From Balanoglossus misakiensis (Eukaryota > Animalia > Hemichordata), in NCBI GenBank assembly GCA_040954595.2, contig CM082582.2, forward strand, positions 7,690,063-7,754,062: a stretch of 64,000 bases of DNA, in the 5' to 3' direction. Shown here piece after piece: positions 1-12,294 of the stretch (its first letter is position 1; every line of letters begins with the position of its first letter). Position numbers and translations under genes: made by a program. The notes beneath the pieces were generated by a model that was not told where the DNA came from, did not search any database, and saw only the letters and a program-made list of their open reading frames with translations.

Positions 1-2771
1 TATTGGATTGTATCGCAAAACAAGTGCAGGAGTCTGCATATCAATCATAGTATACTGTCCTTGAGCTTGTAAAGCATTTAATAATACACAGGAGATGTCA
101 TTATATGTATTGACACAATCTTTGCACAAGGTGCATCATACTTAAACATGACCCATCTGAAATGCCTGCCAAGCACAGCATGGGATCTGACATTAGTGTC
201 TTTTTTCTGTCATCTCTACTCGCTGCAAGCTGGTTTGATAGACACTAACAGCTGAAACCTGGACAAACCGGGAGACAGGTTACTCGGGGGAGAGTGATGC
301 ATGGCTGCTACGTGCTGAGATTTCATTCCGAACTCGCTAAATTTAGAAAAGAGGAATCGGGAGAGAGTGAGTCAGTTGTTTCAATGGTGGCATCTAAAGT
401 TAAAGGTGACGCTTGGAGCAATTGGGAGCCTCTGTGACCTCTGACCTGCCTGTCAACACCTGAATACCACCCCAACGATGGTGATTCATGCTTTGAACGG
501 TCATGCTCTGCTTCAGGAGATCGATCAACTTTGACTTTTGTACGAAATACAGAATACAGCACTATAGTGTGCCGCCATTTTTGCAAGCCTTCTCTGGCCA
601 ATTTTTTCATGGACATTTTCTGGGAATCTTTTTTTTAATCTTCCAGCCCTCCCCCCCTGATATCAAATGGTCCACCCCTTAGCCACGCAGCACCGGACAC
701 TGATCTATCACAAGTTCTTCTGCACAAAACTGGACCCGCCACTGACATTCACAGACTACGAGGCACAGACGTCATCATTCTCCCTTTTTCCATTAGTCCT
801 AAAAAGAGCAATGGCAACCTCATCAATTTCGAGCATATAGATGTGTCTTTAAGAAACATGAGAGGGGGAAACATTAGATGGATATTAAAATTTATAAGTC
901 AATTATCATTGACTGGGAGTGGATGGAGACCTGTACGACATGATGGCAAGTAGAGTGTTTAATTGCGATCAGTTCACCGTTGTTAATCACTCCATCATAC
1001 TGCAATTATGAGAGCGGGAAGCGCTGAACGACAAAATGTCTCGAAAGCTCAGCAAATCTGAAAGGTCAAAGTACTATTTCTGGAAATAAAGACAGAAGTT
1101 TGTACTAATTCTTTGACAACAATCAGACTTCAATTATTTTTTATCATGATTCAGAGATGATTACTGTCGGCATTTCAGGTTCGTTGAACTTTTCAGATAA
1201 AGCTCCCGTCTGATTGTTAGTCTCACATTTTGTTTTTACAAAATAAGTGTCGTTCGTCACTTTTCTGCTCCGCTGCTTCCAAAGGACATTCAACTTCAGT
1301 TTTTTCCAGCATTCACCACTTCTACAGTCATCAATTCTTCTTCTTTGCCGAGTCCTTCCGTCTGCTTGACACCTTTCCAAAGTGGGCACGATCTCATCCG
1401 GGCGACGAAATCCCTGAGCAAGTCAATTTGAAGGTGTATAGGTGACGAGACACCACAGCAACCGCATGGCTCCGATTTCCATTTGGGAGAAAAAGCGACC
1501 GTAGCACAGAAAAGAGATGCTCAACATAGAATACTGTAGTACTCGTTGAGCCATGACCTATGATTCACAAAAAGTCCATTCCTATTGTAGCACTTTATCC
1601 ACAAGCATACAGTCTATTTTCCCTCGGTGATTAAAATTTGGTGTAAAAAAATCATTTCAGACAGCGCTCTTGATAAACCCAAAGAAGTAGTGTTGATGAC
1701 ATAAAATGAAAGCATGAATATTTTAGCAACATTTTCATCTAATGATAATAAAGAATTTCCCGCATTGTCTCATTTACGATTAACACAAAATTATCAATCA
1801 TATGTCACTTATTAATATTTAATTCAGCAGTGTCAGGAATTGGATCTGATTGGCCTTGCTCATAAATACATAATGAAATTAATGAAATAAATATAGTAAA
1901 TAATAGAAAAATAGAAATGAAGCAATGAATTTTTCATTCAAATTTTCAGGCCCAAGACAAACACTAACTGGTACTCACAGATTTACAAAACCCAGATAAA
2001 TTCAAGAAAAAGTTGATATAATCATTGCGATTTTTGCGAGGCCCGAGCGTTCCCTGCAGAGATTTGGAAAGTGCTCAATGCTTGCCTGATATCAGCCTGA
2101 TTAATCCATGACTGTGTCACATCACATACTATTGCTTGGAGATGCGTCTTTCAAGTGATACAATCCATCTCTCAACGGGAGCTTTAGTTTTCCATAATGA
2201 TTAATTCCGTGAAATCCAACCAGAAGCCCTTTTCCGGGATAATGTTATTCCTTTATTGATTTTTATACAATGAAGGCGAGCACCACTGTCTCATTCCGTT
2301 ACTGCTGTACTCTCGATTTGCCTGTCCATAAAACTCTGCTATCAAAAATGTAATAGAATTGGTTCAGACCATGGTGTACAGAACATCCTACACAAAGAGC
2401 ACACAGGAGACTTGTACACTTCAGAACAATTCACTAAACATCAGTACGAGTAGAAACGTTTTCATTTCTCTGTGACATGTGTCATGTTCAATTTATTCAA
2501 GAAGAACAGCTATTTTCAGTGGAATGTCTTTCCACAAGAACAGGCTGCTTTTATCTTCGCCTTCTCTGATTAATTTTTCAAGATTTTCGACAGGATCGCA
2601 TTGAAGATGTGATGCGTTCGATGCAGTGTGTGTGGGTGTGGGGTTGATGTGAGTTTGAATGGGTTTCTGTGGTGTGTCTGCAAACGTGAGTCAGGTGTTG
2701 TAGGTTTAGTGGGTTTGTGTGTGTCTGTTTGGTGGATGAGTTCACTGCATACATGTCTGTGTGTGCATGTA

Positions 2772-2979
2772 CTGTAAAACACTTTATTTTCGCGAGTTAA
2801 CTTTTTCGCTATATCAAGAGAGGCCACTGTTTCGCGAGTATTAACTTTCGCGTTCTCTTATTTCATTCACTACATCGTTATCTTCAAAAACAATTTACGC
2901 GACTTTTTATTTTCACGCTATTTGGGCTCTCGCGTATTTGGCGAAAATTAATTGCTCGCGAAAACAAAGTGTTTTACAG
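2772..2979. mobile_element. MITE with about 26-bp TIRs and TA target duplication (Tc1/mariner-like, non-autonomous)
   Basis: TA|CTGTAAAACACTTTATTTTCGCGAG ... CTCGCGAAAACAAAGTGTTTTACAG|TA, with internal TTCGCG repeats. Confidence 0.8.
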
Positions 2980-3389
2980 TATGCAGTTTGTGCACGTGTG
3001 CACAGGTGCTCATCTCTTCACATGTTTGTTGTGCGAAAAAAATCATGTAAATAATAAAGTGCAGTGAAGTGCTCTGATCAAAATACCAGTCAACACATAC
3101 ACATATCACTGACTGATATGACATAGATACCAAAGCTTCACTTTTGTTCGTCTTACAATGATGACAAGCAGACATTCTCAAGTCTCTCCAGAGATGAAAT
3201 ATAAGACTTGTGTTTATACCGAGTATTAGACCTCACCAAAAAACAAAGGAATTGATGTTTACTGAATATTTTGATAACAGCCTGGAGACTACCATCTGGT
3301 GGTCGATATATACTCTGTGGGTTTTTTGTCTGTGTGTCAGCAGTGTTTGAATATTAAGGCAGCTCACCTGCTGGGCTGGGCTGGAGACA

Positions 3390-6300
3390 TTATCTTGTCG
3401 TATAACACTCTAGATTAGGAATCTGCTCACAACTATCATCAACGTACTCAATAATGATCCGTCCTCCGCTGAACAAAACTACCTCATCGCACTCTAATAT
3501 ACTCTCTAACGACCGCTCCAACGGTAAAATGATTCCATTATCTTCATCGAATAACCGAAGTTTCTGCAAAGCAAAAAAAAAATAAGGATTATTCCTGATA
3601 AAACCAGTGAGGTAGAAAGTATTAGAGCTGACGGCAGATGAGATATTTTAGGCGAGCTGCATTGGTTGGGCTGAACTGAAGTGACACCGGTGTAGCGCGC
3701 AAATTACGGAGAGCGATAAACAGATTGCGTCTGTGAGAAATATCAATTCCAGCGTCGAACTCAGAATTGGTTAAGTGCGAATACGGCTGCCCCAAGAGCT
3801 GTGCAACTGGGCAGAGAATTGAATAATTATTATACGTTGCTTCCAGTCAGGATTATTGTGTTTAATGCAGGGCCTTGGACTTTTCTATTACATAAAAGAG
3901 AATATTCAACTGATAAGAAGATGCAAGTCTCAATTACATGTACTGCATTACTGGAAGACTATTTGTTTCTTCCCAAAGACTGTGCACCGAGAAGGATCAC
4001 TATTTCCCAGCATGCAATGTTTCGCCTCAGTGCTCTGTGAACTGCACCGCTTTTTCATTCGTTTTGATCGGCCGTTTGGAAATGAACTTATCAGTGAGTT
4101 ATCTACTTTAAAAATCTCCTCCAAGCTGTCAGTCTTGAAAAATTGTGTGGACCCCCCAGGGGATCACGGTGAGCAGTAGTGCATGATCCTTTTTCGGTCG
4201 ACAGAGAATATCATATTATTTTTATGGATGCTCTGAAATATTAATATATCGGTGCAATTCTTATCAGTTATATGGTACACTTCACTGCACCAGTACAAGT
4301 TCCAATCAACATCTTTGCTGCATTAATTTAGACGCTGCTAATCCAGGGTTCTCAATATTTTTAGAAAAAGATGGCGAATTGAGAATAACCTTCATTATAG
4401 CAGCCTCTTGTGATCGTGATTCTTAAAATGCCAGACAGAAATTTTCATACGGCATACCTTGGCTGTGGCCACGTTGTTATTGTTCGGTAACTTGGCCAGT
4501 TCTGCTGTCTTGTCCACCATCCTTCCAACTGTCCATCTTTTGGAGAAAAACATGTACTGACTTTTTGTTTTGTGTTCTAGTGGCAGCAAGACTTCAAAGT
4601 AGATTCTTTCTTCCTGAAAACATCAAAGATTATAGATCAGAGAGAATTTCAAAAATCACCAGTTGTCAATCATATGTACTTGTTAGTTATGACGGCACCA
4701 AAAGATTAACACTTCTTTGTCAAGAATTACATTTTTAATGAAGTTTTTTTTGTTCTTTTAATTTCAATTTTCTTCACTGTTGTGACTTTTAATTTTTACT
4801 TTATCCATAACTTGACAATTTCCACTCAATACCTGCTCCTATATGCTTGAAAGCATAACAGTATGAGTTTATATCATTTTGATATATAATTTTCATCCTT
4901 ATATTGTTAGAAGCACACTAAATGATCGAAGCAACTACCGGGTATCAAACTTAAAAACAAAAGAGCATTGACAATGTAATCGACTCGACTCTAGGGGGCG
5001 TTCTCACCTGGGGAAGACCTTTGTCTCCAACTGCATGCATCTTCATTTTCATCAGTGCCACTTTTGCGGCTGTTTTCTTGGATTTTGCTCCTCTTCCACT
5101 TTTCTTGGTTGGACCCTGTTCCTTTCTGGCTTCTAGGATTGACCGGGAAAGAGGTGCTTTAGCTTTTTAAACCTGAACCCCAAATGGGTGCATAGTTGAG
5201 CTTGACAGTCACCAGCCCCTGCACATTACAGATTGGGATTACAACACATGGATGATTGCAAGATACACCACCAATCTTTCTGTTGAGGGTGCGACCCTGA
5301 GGTAAGTGTTACTTGGGTTGCCCAGTCATTTTTCTTTGTATATCAAGGCATTCAGTGGGGTTCCAATAAATGTTCTCAAACCACAGTAAAAACACCGCAC
5401 ACAACAACTAACCTGTTATCTGTCTGACATGTTCAGCTGTCTTCGTCATTTTCTGTGTCGGTGCTTCATACTTTTCACAGCTGTGATCCTGTTGATGCCT
5501 GTGACTGCAAAGAAAAACAAGCTGTTTTACAAAAGGGTTACAACCAGACGTCTGGTCTTCAAATATTGACAATGAAAGGGAACCACTGTGTATATTTCTT
5601 TTTGTGATAATTGTGGCAATATGTCTTCTCCTGAAAAAGTAACATGTCTTCATTGCTGTGCATTTGTGAAGAATATTTCCGTGGTTCTCACTTGAGGCAG
5701 AACTGTTTCCCACAATGTTCACAGGTTACAGGCACCAACTCCTTGTTACTGCAACCTGTCAATGAGCATTGGTAAGATTTGGGTCCTTCTATGCTGGGTT
5801 TTTCACTGTTCAGATTCTCCTGGAAAAAAGTTGGCAAATCAGACAAGAATTCAACACTATGTTGCTGTTAGTTTGCTTGATTAACTAGGAGATGAGATTT
5901 AGGATGAGGGAAAACAGAAATGCTTTTTCAAATTAATATAAAATCATTATATTTTCCAATGTTTTCACAAAATATCCCTTCAACTTTGACGCCTGTATTT
6001 CAGCACCTAACTCTAAATACAAAGCCTTCAAAAAATTAAACTCACCTGAGTGCAAGAATGTGAATCCAAAGAATGGTGTTCCAAGCTGCATTTGAAAAAA
6101 AAAAAGATATACAGTTCTAAGAGCTGTTGGAATGGAGTTGTGTTACAACATGTTTCTACCTCATAGAGTTCTTTATATCTCTTGGTAGCTGTTATTGCAG
6201 TGTTAGTACTACATGTAGTAGAAAATAGCCAGGCTTACCAAAAGATTCTTGAGCATCCATTACAAGTAAACGGCAGGAAATCTGAAAGAGTATGTATACA

Positions 6301-6964
6301 ACAGCATAGCATTATTAATTGGTCTGTAATACCCCACTGGTGAATGAATGGATGAATGAATGGATGAATGAATGAATGAATGAATGAATGAATGAATGAA
6401 TGAATGAATGAATGAATGAATGAATGAATGAATGAATGAATGAATGAATGAATGGATGGATGGATGGATGGATGGATGGATGGATGGATGGATGGATGGA
6501 TGGATGGATGGATGGAATTGGATGAATGAATGAATGAATGAATGAATGAATGAATGAATGAATGAATGAATGAATGAATGAATGAATGAATGAATGAATG
6601 AATGAATGAATGAATGAATGAACGAATGAATGAATGCACTCGATCTCTGTCATGTAGCTGTTTTCGACTGGTGAAGCCTGAGCTCTCTGTAGGTATCTGT
6701 ATGCCTGCGATGCACAGGCGCTTGTTACCAAGGTAATGACGCTGGGCCTTTTGTCTTGGAAAGAGTCCCCATTCCATGGTAACAAGCGACTGCGACGCGA
6801 TGCAATGCGCTCGCGTTCCCGATCGCGATGTAAGATCAGAAGATCGGACGTTTCAACAACTACCTAAAACACTTTGATAGCCACGAAAAATAAAATCTAT
6901 GACAGATACCTAATTGTTTACAGGTGTCCACGCTGCAGTGTTTTCCAACGTCCAACTCCGCCAT
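3390..6964 (-). CDS. ZFAND1: AN1-type zinc finger protein 1 (two AN1 fingers plus C-terminal ubiquitin-like domain), 8 coding exons
   Basis: Exons 6964-6910, 6281-6239, 6085-6046, 5819-5692, 5504-5413, 5132-5008, 4613-4458, 3563-3390, all GT-AG and in phase. Product [36 protein letters not shown]...CEHCGKQFCLNHRHQQDHSC...TAAKVALMKMKMHAVGDKGLPQEERIYFEV...KLRLF...GGRIIIEY...* is collinear with ZFAND1 as I recall it. Confidence 0.93.
6341..6636. repeat. Compound tetranucleotide microsatellite (GAAT)n-(GGAT)n-(GAAT)n in ZFAND1 intron 1
   Basis: Directly visible, about 295 bp. Confidence 0.98.
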
Positions 6965-7147
6965 CTTTCTTGTGACACAGCAGTGACCTCAGTGACACGG
7001 GTCACATAATATGCATAAGCGGTCGTTTGGGGGCGCTGTGTTGAAATTGACACATGTGGGACAAGACAAGGACAAGACACAGCAAAGAAACTGCTTCGGG
7101 GCACGGACAATTCGGTCTTTAGAGTACCCCTCTCTGTTTGTAGAAGA
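6965..7147. promoter_or_regulatory. Bidirectional promoter between ZFAND1 and PSMG2
   Basis: Divergent start codons are separated by only 183 bp; the interval is CpG-containing and includes GGGGGCGCTG. Confidence 0.7.
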
Positions 7148-10100
7148 ATGTATGTCAAATGCTCTAACAGCCCGAATGATTTTAAAGGATGCACGCTTAT
7201 TTTAGTGAGTTTATTGCACATTCTTTGACGGATAGGTAGCTAGTTCACTTGTGAAGCTATGATACTGATACACGTGACTGTGAAAGGTACAAATGTACAG
7301 TGACCTTGTGTGGAATGACTGTGATCCAAGGAAGATAGACTCTTCAAAATGCTGATATAATTATCATAGTCCTCTGACAGTGAGGCTGACATGCCCCATA
7401 TTCAACTGAGTGTGTCAACGGGGACCTGGGGACCAGCTAAACCATGGCAACACTGGTAGCTCTCCCAGACAAAAATTACCCATGCAATTCTTCTCTGATG
7501 TAGCATTCTAACATCAAGTATTCTGAGTCAACTTGAAGCCAAACACACTTGAAGTTGACATAAACTGCTAACTTGCCCAGTCAAACTCTACTTTTTGTAT
7601 ACCCATATAAAATTATGTTACTGGTGACACATACCAGTGCATGCGAGGACACGGCCAGACAGGTATACAAATAGCACAAAGCAGACAATTTATACAATAT
7701 TGGAGCCTATTGCATACAGTAGAGTGAGTCCCAGAGTATAATCACTGGTGTATGCCTATTCAAAAGGCCATCTGACCTGGGACTGGGGTCACGGACCTCA
7801 AATATGAACTCCCCAGTAGTCCATTGTATACCAGTAGTTGCAGTACACATACACCGGGTCTAGACTTCTGTATGCATTGGTCATTGTAGACAGAAATTTT
7901 ATGCTTGTGTTTTTTGCTAATCTTACATTTTTGGTGTGCAGTCAAAATCAATAAATAGATTCTGGGTGCACACAGTGCAGATGCAATAGCACCGATCATG
8001 TTTGAATCAGAAACTGTGAATGTACATCAGGTATTGAAGTCTGGTTCACCTGCAGCCCAATGTTAAGTTCTGAGCCAGAGCTTATCCTTGCCTGTAGTAC
8101 ACTAACTTCTCCTATTTATGACTCCATTGCAGCCTGCAGTGTCCGTCGGCAATGTTGGCCAGCTTGCAGTTGACCTGCTGGTAACCACTCTAGACCTAGA
8201 GAGAGTTGGCTTCATTCACGATGACTGTGTACTCCCCGTGTGTGGCAATGACGCCTTCCAGAAGACAAAGGAAACACAAGGCAAACTTGTGACCACAACA
8301 GAAGGTATATCACTTTGCATTAAAAAAGTGACCAAAACAAATTGATAAGTTCTGAAACTGAGTCAAAATTTTAGATAGTTATATTTGTTTGCAGGTCGTC
8401 ATTTGGTCGGGGTGATCCATGGTGATTAAGGGACTGTGGTGGATCAAAATACTTTGCTATCAAACCCAATGATTGAGTTGGCTTTTATGATTAGGAAAAA
8501 CTCGCATCCGTTTAACATTTAGATGGTATTTAGATTGCTAAACACCGTTAATAGTCCATCAAGCGAAGCATAGAATGAAATGCAGTGGGACATTGTAAAT
8601 ATCTGAATCTTTTCAGATATTGCTGGCAATCTAGGTTTTGAATACAAAATATTATATATTAAAATTTTTCTTATAAATGTATAAGCAGAGTCAGTAGATT
8701 TCCATGTGCTAAACTGGATGCTGATATCACACACGTAACCCCTGATATCAGTGCTAAATGTGGCAATGAGTAAACACTGCCTTCTGAAAAGATAACACAA
8801 GTTTGTTTGCTTTCGACTTCTGCATCCTGTATAAAGAAATAGATTTATTAAATGCTTGATAGAAAACAAATGCAGTTGTGTGTTTGGCAACAAGGAGTGT
8901 GTGATAATGTCAGTTGCTAATTATTTTCAGTTTCAGAATTATTCAAACAAGAGAAATAGGTTAAAGTTGTTCACATATTTTGGGGGTCTGACAGGGTCAG
9001 AGTTCAAACTTATCAGTGACTTATGTGATTGGTGATTGATTGGAAGTGTCCAGAATAGTATGATCAGTTAAAAAAATAATTTGATAATTGCAGAAAACTG
9101 ATGTAACTTTCATTGACACAATAAGTGTTTTTGACAAAAATCCCCCAGTGACATCAGAAAAGTCAACTTTCACTATGTTCATGGGCTCCTTGATATTAGA
9201 TATCTCTAGTTGAATCTCTTAATGAATGAGGTAGTTATCTTTCGTTGAAATCTGACAAGTGGACAATTGCAGGTCTATTCAAAGGTCAGTGGTATGATAA
9301 ACAGGTCAATATTGCACTACTTTTATTTTGTGATCAGATAAACTATGAGTATGACCAAAGTTTTCGACTAGATACAGATAGGTAGGGTGGCAGGACATTT
9401 TTTTAGTTGGCTTTTTCTGGTTTTGTCAAACATTTTTGATCCAGCATGATGTGTGTTGTAATGGCTTGTTTTCCAACTTTTGTGAAATCAACAAATCACA
9501 ATAGTGTACATTTCATTTTAGTATATTACTCTGCAGACCAGAGCGTTGTGGTTGTTCAACAGAGGGCACCCATTGTCAAGGTAGGAACAGTGATTTGTTC
9601 AATATTCATTGCAATATATTCACTGCTCCATAACCTGAATTTGATATATTGTGTTAGCTCATGCATTATGCCATTCTCTGGACTGGCTAACTGTGAAAGA
9701 AAGTGACATCAAATATGTCTTCCTTGGATAGTTTGTAGAACTTGCTGTGCAGTCATGGATTAACCATCCTGTATTCTGCGTTTTGCACACAGGGTAGACA
9801 GAGAGACTTCTGTAGCAGACTGTCGGAATGGATCAAGGCATACCAGTTTGAGAAAGTCGTACTACTTACCAGCAGCCATGCACATGAAAGAATAGATTCA
9901 CAGATACAAGGGTAAGTGTGCTCACAAGAGTCAATGATGTTCGCAAAATCTATTTGACTATTGGAAATGACAACTTCCAAAGTATGTATACATACAGCCT
10001 ACTACCGTTAGTCAGTGGATTTTCCACAGTGTTACTCAATACTGTGCATGTTGAGTTCGCAACAAATAAGAATTCACTATACAATAAGGAATTCCATCAT

Positions 10101-10935
10101 AGGAAATGGCCCTTTTCAACGCAATTGTATTCTATCACTGCAGCTCACCGCTTAGGTACCTGATAACACCTGCCTTGGAAGATAAAGTTGGAAGCGTACT
10201 ACAAGGAGAAATGAAATGGTGTCCGTTTGAGAGACGAGATCCCACCTGGACAAAAACACCTGACAATGAAGATGAAGACATTCCTGAACCTGCAAAGGGT
10301 GTTTTCATTCCAGGCGGTGGAATCGCTAAAAAGTTCTTTATTCAGGGGTAAGATTATTTTGTACAGCAAACATTTTCTTTTTGATTTAAAAAAATCCATA
10401 TTTGAGTGATTTTGTAATTTTTCCATTTCTAACAAATTTATTGTGACCGACCAACCCATTTTCCCGGAAGCATATTGGTTACCCTAATCCCATGGCTTCA
10501 ACAATGCTCAGTCTCATCTCTATGATTTATATTTTCATGTCAGGTGCAAGGACAACCTACCCATAGTCATCTTATCAGTATTTTGTGCAGAGGGAGACAA
10601 CATCCCAGATACATTCACAATGGTTTCACATCTGAACCAGTGGCTCAACCTACTACCCAACCAGGTGAGAAATTCAGAATGTACCCGTAAACATTGATAG
10701 GTGGTCATAACAAATGTAGGGTTACCATGCTCATATTCAACATAAATACACCAAACTGATTCTGGTAATTCCCACCGACTATCCCTCCAGGATGTGATGG
10801 AGAGACTGAGATCTTAAACACTCATGTCCTTCTATCTTTCAGCCGCCAGGCACGGAGCAATCACCCACCAGATGGACTATACCCAATTCTTGGAGTCTTC
10901 TCTTTGGAGCCAGTGTGGATAAATCTATTTATTGA
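7148..10935 (+). CDS. PSMG2: Proteasome assembly chaperone 2 (PAC2), 7 coding exons
   Basis: Exons 7148-7204, 8133-8304, 9522-9580, 9793-9911, 10144-10347, 10544-10664, 10843-10935. PAC2 motifs PAVSVGNVGQLAVDLL, LLTSSHAHER, IPGGGIAK, FCAEGDNIPD and WTIPNSWSLLFG are present. Confidence 0.93.
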
Positions 10936-12294
10936 TCTTCTATACCATCCATTTGAATCAGAAGGCAAGATTTTCACAGCCCAGGAGCACTAAGTCGCAT
11001 GTGAAACCAGCAGAGAAGAGAAACTTCTGCCAGAAGTTTTGGTGATTGGGAGTTGCATTGTTTTATAAAGTAAAGGCAATGCCTAATATCATTGTAAGTC
11101 AAAATGGTCATCTCAGTCCAACCTCATTCATTGAGCTCAGTAAGGTGGTCCCTTCAGATTTCAGGATACAGCAAACCAAATACTTAGTTGAGAAACTGAG
11201 CAACTTCTGATCCTGAAACCTGGCTCCCATCTCCTGAATAGAACGGTCTTATCCATGAAATCAGCCAATGTTTATTCCCATGCACTTTCAGACTTCCAGA
11301 TCCAACCAGTGAAGTCATCATCGCACTCACTTTAATGGAAGCCAAAAATGACAACTTGAAACCAGTATCTCTGAAACTAATTTTTTATCATTTATTTATT
11401 GTGGCTTTATACAGTCTACAGCACATTTAAAATGCTTACAGTCACAACTTTCACATGTATTTGGTTCATCAGGTAGGAAATACAAAGTATGATTTGTCTC
11501 AGCAGTACAAGCAACACTCCAAAAAAAGCATTTACAAGCAGTGACTTAGAAGGTTAGTTAATCAAATATACTTCGATAAATTCACATTATACTCTGTTAC
11601 ATGTTTTTGTACTTGTTAGTAGCAGAATTTGGTTTATTCCAATCCTCAGCTTGTAATGTAACATATCAAAATTGTCAAAACTGATTATGAATAATTATGT
11701 TCGGAATACATCGCGAGATACCACAATTTGTATTTCAATGTGACGAAATAAATACAGAAACGGCACTCCGTAGAGTTGTTTGCAGGTATCAAAAACTGCT
11801 AGGTAAACAAAAGTGTTTTTGATTTGTTGTGAATTACCTTTTCATCATCATCTGCTTTTAAAATTAACATCTAATACAAAATAAATTGACAGGGAAACGG
11901 CGCGGTGATATGGTGCATGAACGTAGCGGTGCATAAGATACTTTTGAAGTCATATGCAGAAATCTTTCACAATGGTTCAAAACAACTAAAAATTGCTAAA
12001 GCTACCCACTGCTCTCTTAGATCTACTTGCACACAAAGACATGGGCAAACATACTTAAAACTTTTGTTTCAGCCAAACTTGGTTTGTCAAAATGTAGTCT
12101 CAAGCAAAGACAGGCCAAGGCCTGGCCACATTCCACAGAGGGCATACTTTAGAAAAATTCATAATTTTTTTTTTTGCCATTTCCTTCCGTGTTTGACAGC
12201 ATCATCTTCGGAACGGTATGTTCTTCGCAACATACAAGGGTATCATTCAGTACTGTGTCAACCTCTCCCCCTACGCGTTATCTGCAGATATTAT

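Noticed and set aside
323-1445. ORFs 323-616, 1144-1389 and 1230-1445
   Set aside because: No recognisable homology or convincing splice chain. The region may be the leader or promoter of a gene outside the window, but I cannot support a call.
6235-6785. 180-aa and 156-aa ORFs with FIHS/SIHP repeats
   Set aside because: Translation of the (GAAT)n/(GGAT)n microsatellite; only 6281-6239 is a real ZFAND1 exon.
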